From: Trichoplax adhaerens
Lineage: Eukaryota; Animalia; Placozoa
Direction: 5' to 3'
Length of the DNA: 64,000 bases
Assembly (NCBI RefSeq): GCF_000150275.1
Contig: NW_002060943.1
Location: forward strand, 1,952,987-2,016,986
Shown: positions 53,901-64,000 of the stretch, piece by piece
Layout: each line of letters starts with the position of its first letter
How positions within the stretch are numbered: position 1 is the stretch's first letter
The notes under the pieces: generated by a model
The model's input: only the letters and a program-made list of their open reading frames with translations
What the model was told of the DNA's origin: nothing
Database searches by the model: none
Position numbers and translations under genes: made by a program

Positions 53901-54804
53901 AGCTACATAATATTGGTTTTAACTATATAGCTATCGCAAATTTTATTAGTTGTAATCATAAAACTGTTTAAAATGAAAGAAATGAGAATAGGTACGATGA
54001 AAACGATTTCAGCTACAATTTTAGGGATACTTGACGATTAATTTACGTGATTGAAAAGTCGGAAAAATCTTGAATGTACCCAAAATTATGCCCAATAGAA
54101 TACGATGAACGCAAATATTGCTCATTTCGTGATTAGCTATGTACGCTAAATTTAGCCAATTGTACAACAACTAATGATTGGAACATTATCTTAAAAATTG
54201 GTATACCTAGTAGATTTACAGATAAAAGTAAATATCGCTCAGTGTATCCCTTGTCCATATGATGGACTCTAATTTGAACTCGATTTATCGCAGTCTAAGA
54301 CTATAAAGTTAACGAATAGATTTGCTAATCCATTACTATAATGGAAATACTGTAATGACGATGTTATGATAGCTGTTATTCGTTTACTATTATTTTACAC
54401 ACCTCAATAAGATCTTCTCTAGAATGAAATCTTGATATTAAGATATTTTTCATTCCTTTCACTTGTGTTAATGATAGATACAGTTTATCATTAACAATAC
54501 TATGAGCATTTTCTGGGATAAATGGTTCGAGCATTTCTTGAATCAATTTTGGTATATTCAGTTGTGGATGAAATAACCCAAAAGAATTCTTTTTAAGGTA
54601 TGCGAAGGTCTCGATACAAATTGGAACAAATTCCTTTAACTTGGTAGGGAATAATAACAAGCCAATGGCCGAAAAGCTACCAGCGGAGGCACTACTGACT
54701 GAATTCAAGCTTCTGACTAAATCGGGTGCGTAGTCTACTAATCCCGCAGCAACACCAATTTCGTAAATCATTAGAAATTCACCACCAGAAAACGTTAAAT
54801 TCAT
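50908..54804 (-). pseudogene. Divergent PNPLA2-like paralog with degenerate catalytic motifs, premature stop and apparent frameshift (pseudogene or truncated pseudo-enzyme)
   Basis: Intron positions match the other PNPLA copies (exon 1 54804-54403, exon 2 CLRCTCFIPIWSGFQLPKYRGE, exon 3 YYMDGT...). Motifs read GGEFLM / SASAG / DGT. In-frame TAA at 52596-52598. Downstream exons remain homologous to the 61684-63791 copy, but the 51639 acceptor is one base out of phase. Confidence 0.65.
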
Positions 54805-55556
54805 TTTAAATAGAGAAAGACTGCATTGATAAAATAGTCTTGATATCATTCAATGTGCTTTATACTATAGTTGCTGAAAGGTATTTTTATCGTCAAGTCG
54901 ATGGAAGAACAATAACAACTGACTGCTTTAATTAAATGTCATTGATTTTCATCATATTAACCAATAACTACCTTAATTTATCTTAGATAAATAATGAATG
55001 TGTTTTATGATATTTCGTCATGAGGATTATAATAATAATAATAAGCAAATAATCGACAAGATGAAGCTATCATTCCTGCTGTAAATAAAGTCTATAGGTA
55101 TGTGTACAGTATATCACCATACACCAACCCACATGCATTTAGTAAGCAATCCAGTGGTAAAATGTTGAGCTTGTTTCTTGGCTAATTTATTATTATATTC
55201 TATCCTGTAGGTAAATCTAAATAGTTAAACTTCAGGATAGCAACTGAACCCATATCTAAAGATTACACGTTATATAATTTATTAACCTATAGTGCACGTC
55301 TTACGATTGTACCATTAAATTGCATAGTGAGACAGCGATGTCTAGTATATAAAGGATTACCACTGCATTAAAACATTAAAAGCAAGTATAATGTTATACA
55401 AAAATTTTAAGAGTTAAAATGAAATTTATAAAAATGGTTTCAGCTCGTACGTACGGTATTACAGAATAATTTAACTAACTTGTATTAGGTTGCACTTTCC
55501 CACGAAATTAGATAAGGTTACCGCAAACAAAGTGTGTTTAAAGCTATAAACGCTGA

Positions 55557-55707
55557 TAATTATTTAGCGCAATCCCTGCTTAAGAACAGATACCGCAAAA
55601 CAAAGATAAACTGTGGTAGTTTATTATGGCAATTATTTAGAGCAATTCCTGTTAGCAGCATTTATGCTTAAGAATCGTTATCGCAAGACAAAGATAAACC
55701 GTGTTAG
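55557..55707. repeat. Short imperfect tandem duplication (~65-80 bp)
   Basis: 'aattatttag.gcaat.cctg...cttaagaa...cgcaa.acaaagataaac.gtg.tag' occurs twice, downstream of the acyl-CoA synthetase stop. Confidence 0.6.
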
Positions 55708-55952
55708 CTAATAAACTACCATGAATGTCTCTAATAAGGCCTAGAATCATTAGATCTTTGACAAATAGCTAGCTTACAAATAAGAGCATATCACCAATAA
55801 TCAAATGATCTCAACAACTTTGAGACTAATAATTATCCGTATATAATTAATCATTGGCTAACCGATGATAACTTAACACACAATTGAAGCATCATCAATT
55901 GCCCTAAAATTGTCGCAGTTGTATAGTAGAAGAATCTTTCATATAGCGACAG

Positions 55953-58900
55953 TTACAATTTACTGTGTAGGCTCGTTGACTCCTTAATGCGCTTTCTCAG
56001 CTGATTTCGTAAGATTTTACCACTTGCCGATTTAGGAATGATATCTAGAAACTCTACTCCACCTCGCAAGTACTTTTGCGGATTGACGTTATCTTTAACA
56101 AAGTCGATAATTTCCTGTTTGGTTATTTCACCACTTCTAACAATAAAAGCCATCGGCAATTCTCCAGCATCGTCATCTGGCCGACCAATAACAGCAACAT
56201 CAGCTACTTTAGGATTTGTTAACAATAATGCTTCTAGCTCAGCTGGTGCTACCTAGAATTTGAAATCAATGCCGGGTTAACCGAGTCTATCTACTTTAAT
56301 CTAAAGCAGAAAATTTTTTATTAAATGAAATAATTGTAGTTAGCGGCAGCTATACCTGATGGCCTTTATATTTGATTAGCTCTTTCAATCGATCGACAAC
56401 ATAAAAGTAGCCATCCTTATCATAATATGCAATGTCTCCAGTATGTAACCAACCGTCCTTATCAATAGTCCTATCTGTAGCTTCTTTATTTCGCAAATAA
56501 CCTTTCATCACTTGGGGACCACGAATACATAGTTCTCCGCGTTGATGTTCTGGTAATGATCTTCCAGTTTCAATATCAACAACCTTCGAATAATGAAAAT
56601 ATTTCCAAAGTACTTTTCATTTGGAATTAAACTTTGCTTGAATAAAGTAATTGAATGATACCTTGGCTTTCGTATTAGGAACAACAATACCAATCGCTCC
56701 TAATTTGTCCTTGTCGGATCTTTTACCCATGTGCGAAAGAGGACTAAGTTCAGTCATCCCATAGACTAAAGGTTAAAAACGAATTACGGATTTCGATCGT
56801 ATTTTATACTTGCACGCGTATGTCGATTGTCAATAATTAATAGACGTCAAACGTAATTCATACTATGAGCTTGAACTAATGCACTACTTATTATTCTTTA
56901 AATAGAAGAATTAACTGCATATATACCCTGTCGAACTAGAGATAACCCAACGCGCTTTCTAACAGTCTGGCTAAGGTCATAATCAAGTGGGGCAGCTCCA
57001 CACATCGTTTCCTGCAAGCTTGACAAATCGTACTTCTCTACCAGTGGCGTTTTTGCCAAGAATACATACAACGGCGGTACAAGAGGAGCATATTTGATCT
57101 GTGTAGCACCAGAAGCAAATTATCTTATCAATCTTTATAATCTAATCCTTTCTACACTCTACATTATCACAAATGGTCTAAACATGTTATGTTTTACCTT
57201 ATATTTCTCGATCGATTGCAAAAAAACTTCGGGTTCAAATCTTAAGTAGCTTATTAAATGTGCCCCCACTCTCAATCCGGCGAGCAATATAACTACTAAC
57301 CCGTAGATATGAAAGAATGGCAATAAAGCCAAAACTGGAGCATCACTATCGAAAACTTTGACATCTGGATGAATTAGTTGCGCGAAATTGGCAATCAAGT
57401 TGTAGTGTGTCAACATAACACCTGTGGATACATATAAAATTTTGGTAAGCATTTCGTTATCATAGCAGTGGCTAAATAATTAATCATCCGGGAAACTATG
57501 AGTTCAATGAAGTGAACTTTAAGCATATTATGCATTTGATTTATTTACTTGTATAAGATAAAATAACATGAATGGACTAGAAGCACTATCCTTGCAGTAT
57601 GGTCTGATATAAAAGTCAAGGGAAGATAATAGTACGCTAAGTATTCTTTTATTAAATGCAATTACTACCTTTCGGAATTCCAGTCGTACCACTTGAATAA
57701 GGAAGCATAACAACGTCATTGATTGGATCAATAGTTGCATCAGGCTTGAAGAACGCTCCATCATCTTGAATTAATGTATCAAATGAGGTTACTCCTTTCT
57801 CTTCACCGAATACATACAGTCCACGTAAATTTCTAAAGTAAGGAATAACAAGAAAGTATTGATAACTAGCCATGAGAGTGGCTGTAAAAATGTACATATT
57901 CCTACGTGTAAATTATGATGTATCGAGCGTTCTACTATTTTGAATTTTAGTCGAATATGATGAGTACAGATCCGGTGATGGACCATCTGCGATTCAATTG
58001 CAAATCAATGTCCAGAAATTTTAAACTATGACAATCTATAATTTGACAAAGGTTAATTTAAATCAAAAACGACGCTACTACATACCAATAATGCTAACTA
58101 GAGCAGTGCTATTTATCGAATGTTGCTCCTGATATTATCTCCATTTATAGGTGATTGCAAATACTAAGTAAGTTACAAAAGAATGTCTACATAGGATTTC
58201 GTCAACATTATTGAACCGAATACGAGGCAACATGTTTAAAAGCAACCACATCAACTCTGTCCTTATTAATTTTTAGTCTATCTATCATTTATCTTCGAGA
58301 TCATGCTAAGAATCCGCATAAAGTTGATGAGTGCTTACAGTGTTTTGTCCACTTTGATTGCATTAGCCGCATTTGATGAATGAGCTAATAGATATTTCGC
58401 AGAGGATAATTTCATTTGCTGTATGACCTCTTCTGCAGTAAATAAAGGATTAATTGTTGATACAATGCCACCAATAGCTGCCACTGCAAAAATTAGGACC
58501 GGATACTGAGGATGATTTGGACTATAAATGGCAAAGATATCGCCCTTTTTAAATCCAGCACGCCTGAGAGCAGAGCCACATTGTCGAATTTGTTGTTTTA
58601 GCATTTTGTATGTAAGAGTTAGACCGGAATGGGCATCAGTCTAGTTCAATGTAATCATAAAAATAAATAATTATTGTTAGTACTTATCTTGCCTAACATT
58701 GAAATAGCTTTCAATACTAACTTGGATAGAAAGATTAGTTACGGAATCAAAACAGTATCATTCAAACAACTCTGTTAAGTATTTGAACACTGGATAGAGC
58801 GACCTTGTTGTCATGATCGTGATTGCTTTACCAGAGTGAATTACTGTAGCATAATAGCGACAATATCAGCAAGCAATTTACACATCGGTAGATATTATAA

Positions 58901-59722
58901 AGGAAGAGATAGGAAGAAATTATCAGCACTATGTTAACCTGATTGCTATGCGTTGTGCACTTATATCACAATGGTAGTACTGATTCCTATCTAAACTATT
59001 CATTTTCAAGCTTTATCAACCATTATTTGGATGTTTGTTAACCTACTGCTACTCCACTATATCATTATCTACACTGCAATCTATCCGATCGATATCAAAG
59101 TAGTAATTAATATAAGCTCTTTATTAGCTAAAAAAGCCAACGTTATTCTCCTATTAACGCCCCAACTATCCGGATAGATGAGCAAAATAATAATAAATGA
59201 TACAGTCTACTCGACATGCAAGACAGATGAGGAATTATAATCCTATGATACCATCTATAATTGATATACTATGACACTTGTACAGTATACTACGTGCAGC
59301 AATTGCATATAAGGCTTATAAAACAATCCGATTGTCCATGTTCATCGACGTGTTTTCAACAAGATCACTTTCGACATATTTGCAATGCATAAGTCTACAG
59401 TATAGTAGCGTCATTTCGACATGCAAAAGATAGGAAAGCGATCGATAAGGAAAGCAGTCCATATCTATCCGACATGAAAGAACACTTCCAAGATACTCTG
59501 ATGATATCTATCCCACTTTAAAATCGATCTATTTGGCCATGTTTAGTATGGCCTAATGCTATCCAATGGCATCATGTCAGCCTGAACGATCATGCAAAAA
59601 CTTACAATTGCCGGTTTATCACCATATTGATCGAAGTTTTCGCAGAAAAACTGATAGATGTTTAAGTGTGAAGGTATAAAAACATTGGATAACGGACTGG
59701 ATATGATGTGTTCTTCCGCCAT
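55953..59722 (-). CDS. Peroxisomal acyl-CoA synthetase, 4-coumarate-CoA ligase/firefly-luciferase-like (ANL superfamily), about 8 exons
   Basis: Kozak-type start ctcaccATGG at 59722 ([10 protein letters not shown]...), P-loop [70 protein letters not shown], and C-terminal SKL (PTS1). Confidence 0.9.
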
Positions 59723-60150
59723 GGTGAGATTTTACTCTTTTAGGCTCTTTTCTCGAGGTTTTTAGCAGTCCCTGGTTTTTGCAGCCAGTAGTGATGGGTA
59801 AAATGGACGATTGCGATACTGGATGGTAGTCTACGGTATCTAACCATACTCAGTGAATAATACTGTAATGCCGTTACAGCAACATGGTACTGGTCGATAG
59901 ACATGGGATCCACAGATATTCCATAGTCGATCGGTTGATGATTGCTTTACTATAGATTACAGTATGGAAATACCGGCACTGTTAGAGTAGCTAGGGTACT
60001 TGATGAGGTATACAAAAATGGCTGCTCAAAATAATAGTCCTATTGCTATCCTTGCTGAGCCATAACTGCAATGGAATTTCTTTTTATTTAAGCCGCAAAT
60101 GTATAGCTAATGTGTCGTATCTACTCTACTCTTACTAAGGTCTAGAAATT

Positions 60151-60473
60151 TATCCATAGCTGATCATTGCGAACACTTGTAGTCGATAGTGTCCTTGTTG
60201 AGCCTACCAGCAAAGCTTGCTGATTCATTCATCCTCCATCGAAGCCATAAGAACATTGCTGAATATGGCTGAAAGTTTTAATCGATTTCTTACTGTTATA
60301 TCGATCTATCCATAGCTGATTATTGCAACATAGATAGAGCTATAGATCTATATAGTCGGTAATGTTGTTATTGAGCCTACCTGCAGTAGTTGCAGGTGGA
60401 TTCATCCTCCATGCAAAGCATGAAAGCATTGCTGAATATGACTAAAAGTTCCGATTGATTTCTTAATGTTATT
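60151..60473. repeat. Imperfect tandem duplication (~155-165 bp units) upstream of the acyl-CoA synthetase
   Basis: 'atccatagctgat.attgc...ttgagcctacc.gca...attcatcctccat...cattgctgaatatg..t.aaagtt...gatttctta.tgttat' at ~60151-60300 and ~60308-60473. Confidence 0.8.
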
Positions 60474-61683
60474 TTGACCTAGAATTGCAATCTTGTGATC
60501 AATTGATCCTTGATTCACTGGTATAAGTCATGGATGATTGATATAACGTTGCCATCTTCCGATTCAACAAGACCTATCTCCCAGCAACCTAATCAACTTC
60601 AGATCGGTACTGCCATACCTGCCTGCTTGAATGCTATGGCGAGTATTCAATGCAAGGATTTAGAATTGCATGCAGTTCTACATTGAGCTACTTTAAGCTA
60701 GAGAGTAATTCCTAGTGTCTCATCAGAGTTAAGTTTATCATTCGAAGTAAGTAAAGATAGTGTCCCTTTGCTGATCACAATAACACCAATCTATATTGCT
60801 ACACATACTGTATTATTCATAGTTCATTGATTGGAATATTTCGTTAGGACTGGATGAAAAAGATCAGCCCAAACTCAGCTGCTGATCAGAATGGCATCAA
60901 TACTACTTGCTATGGATTTTACTAGGGCAGCATAGTAAATTAGTTCAAACTCTGCTCCCGATTAAAATGGTATCAATCAACAAGCGTCTACAGCTACTAT
61001 AACAAATGAATACGAGAAATCAAGCACTGATATGCTTACAGCATATACTATTAATGGCGAATCTCTTAATCCAGATGCATCTGTATTGACGTGTCCTTGA
61101 GCGTCTTGGCCATTAATAAATAAGGAAAAAAAATCACTTTTCGATAGTGCAGTACATCATGATATTATTTAGACTATGTATCGTCGAATAAAGTAGGCAG
61201 ACAGGTAAACTACCATGATAGACATACCCTACTCTTAGCATAAATGCGAGCTAGCTTACAAGTAAAATAGATCGAGTATGATGACTAAACTTAGCGACAA
61301 CTTACAGCATTCGAAGTATCTACGCGTATTGAAGACCCTACAGTTGTAAATCATGTTATGTTCTATTTTATTATCATGCTCTTGATGTCATTAGAATATG
61401 TCGAAACATTGGACCCCAAAAATTGAACCGATACTGTAATAAATACACTCCATCCTCAAACTAGATAGGTTTTTAATTGAGGTATACGCGTTTCGTACAT
61501 AGATATATTTATATATCAGTAAATCCTGATGAAACGATGGTAATATAAGCTTAGAGATTTTCTTCCATTTTTCTGACAGACTTACTGCTTGTCGTTATTC
61601 AATAAAAATTTCGATTTAAAAATTGCCTGATACGTGTATTCACATAGAAAATTATATAAAATCGATCACAAAGAATGGCGTTA

Positions 61684-63791
61684 TTAATTATCTTTTTCAG
61701 TCATGTCTTTTTTATCATTAGGATCATTTGAATATTCTCGCTTAAACCACAAAGAGACATCTGGCCAATCTATTTTATCATTTTCCGTCTTTTCATGTGC
61801 TAAGTAAACCATCAAACCGATATCCATCAGCTCAATGGTATCAATCAGAGATGTTATCATAGTATCCGAATCCTGGGCAAAGGGTATATTCGATGGAGTT
61901 AACCGACCAACTGCAATAGAAATTCCCACTGCAGACGTAAAAGCATTTGCTGCTGACCGCAATGTTTGGTAATGCTCACGGTTTCTATCGGGATGATGCC
62001 AGTCTATAATTAAAATATGAAGATGCGATATCCATATCAATTAAAGAATTAATCACCTAAACTCACTTTGTTAGTGGTAAATTACATAGGATGTTATTTG
62101 TGTTGCTTCTATCTACGCGTATTTCAGTAAACTAGCTATCGTTGATTCTTAAGTCTGCAATTGGAATTATTAAAAATAATCAAATATTCCCACAAATACC
62201 TTCTAACTTTCGCGACATTTTCTTCCGACATATAACCTCCGTTAATGCACCAAGTTTTAATAAGCAGTGAAAATGCTCTAAATCGTACTCTTCCAGGTGT
62301 CGAATACTGCTTAACATTTAAAAAGTATCGTCTCAAATTTTCTGGTCGTTTTTATTTGTATTTAAGCCCGATTAGAGTTATTGAAATGATGCTATTACAA
62401 ATATTTATGGTCCATTGCCATCTAGTTAGAGATTTAATTGCTATACGTGTTAGAACTAACAGTATATTTATGAAAATCAGTATTAAACTGTATCCTACTT
62501 TACGTCAAACAATAAATCAGAATAAAGTTGGTACTTCCTAGTATAGATTTGAATATGCCCTTATTTTTATGCATCCATATTATAGATTAAAATATATCTA
62601 GATATCCAAAACTACAATTAACTTCTTACTTGTGGTCGGAATAATAGCGTGCAGCGTCAAATAAGTCTCCAAACTGTTGCTTTAAAATTCCAAGCAAATG
62701 AACAACTGAACAGTAAAATTCATGTGATATAGAAAATATCCTAATTGTAAATTTATGATGATTGAATTAGAAGTCTTTTCAATAGCGGATAAGCAATTAA
62801 CTTTAGCATTTACAGACAAGTTATATTCTAGGCATCGCTAAATTGTACATTACCAAGGTTTATTAGGTCGACATTACCTCAGCATAATTGCAATGATAGT
62901 TTCGATGGTATTAACACATGGTCGAAGTATGATATTTCGTATTAGTAAATGAAGATTTCTTTGCCTAGCTTCTTTTATACAAGTCTTCAATAGCTCTGTT
63001 AATAGAATAAGAAATCATATATTGTACATCAACCATTTCACAACTTAAGCTCGTAATATTCTGTAAATAATTGCCTAAATGAAGCCGTAGCTAAATTTTC
63101 CCAACTCAATTGTGTAATAAGCACTTTTTAACCTAAATCTATAACCAAAGCAGAGTTATCATTATCAGCAAGCCACTTGTTGGTTTCAGCCATGGCAGAT
63201 TTGAGAGTTTCCATTAACCCTTCGTATTCATCGTGGCCAATTTTCTTGGCTAAATCGCCAGCGATATCTTCAGACTGAGTAATTATACGATCATTTTCGT
63301 ACAAAGGCTGTAGTAAATTGCTCGTTATACATGTAGAATCTATCAATATACGGAAATATTCACTTTATTCAACTAGTAAAATAAAATAACGAAAAAGTGA
63401 TAAACTACTATATCAAGGTAAGACTTTCAATATCTCTATCATTTAAGAGCTATTTGCTAGCATTGTGCGTAGATTTTTAAGATTTCGTATAAGTAGACTA
63501 TCCCTTACAATGGTGCTTTCTTAGATATTCCAACGCATCTTCGAAGCCTTGTTGACATAATGCTCTAAGAGAGGCCTCATCTGGAGAAAATAAAGCTCTA
63601 GTCGCTCGATGAAGATCGCCTAATGTAAATTTAATCGTTCGTCGAATACAGATATCGCTATTTTCAAAGTCATGAAGCGACACATGGTTAGGACAAATCA
63701 TTCCATCACCGACGAAAGGAGAAATAGTTATTGTTTTCTGAATATCGAAAGGTATAGGATGGTTGTCCGAAATTCCACCGTCTAAATATCG
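61684..63791 (-). CDS. Third PNPLA2-like patatin gene, 3' part only (first exons lie beyond 64000)
   Basis: Exon 63791-63509 reads RYLDGGISDNHPIPF...SPFVGDGMICP...RALFSPDEASLRALCQQGFEDALEYL with intact DGG. Further exons at 63339-63133, ~62995-62878, ~62740-62630, ~62307-62200 and ~62003-61684 are homologous to exons of the middle paralog. Confidence 0.82.
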
Positions 63792-64000
63792 CTAATGATA
63801 AAGCATATAGGCATTACAAGATCATCTAATAAATCAAGTTGATTTTATTGATAATTTCTCTATACTTAGAATTTGGCAAAGTCTACTAACTGAGTAAAGT
63901 AACATTGAGATTTACGTTATAATATAATAGATATCTACGCTTTGCAATATAATATACCAATCTTTTTTTTATTCTACATCTTTTGCAGATACAATGTTAT

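Noticed and set aside
62136-62336. ORF-track peptide MRRYFLNVKQ...
   Set aside because: Wrong frame: synonymous third-position differences against the middle paralog support the IRHLEEY...KLGALTEVICR frame.

Overview
AT-rich eukaryotic (animal-type) genomic DNA with compact GT-AG introns; gene content and architecture suggest an early-branching metazoan, most likely a placozoan (Trichoplax-like; inference only). The window is dominated by tandem paralog arrays. In order: two intronless Sel1-like-repeat genes built from three copies of one ~540-aa unit; two intronless SDR (RDH8/17beta-HSD1-like) dehydrogenases; three 26/29-kDa-type cathepsin L-like cysteine proteases; then three PNPLA2/ATGL-like patatin genes interleaved with a cytosolic carboxypeptidase (AGBL2/3, tubulin deglutamylase) and a peroxisomal luciferase/4CL-like acyl-CoA synthetase. 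The middle PNPLA copy has degenerate catalytic motifs, a premature TAA and an apparent frameshift. Non-coding signals include TACAG/GTAC-rich arrays followed by TATA boxes, TCACGTGA (CLEAR-type) E-boxes upstream of the first cathepsin and first lipase, and paired RFX X-box-like motifs upstream of the carboxypeptidase. Exon boundaries were traced by eye. No rRNA, tRNA, CRISPR or recognisable transposon was found.
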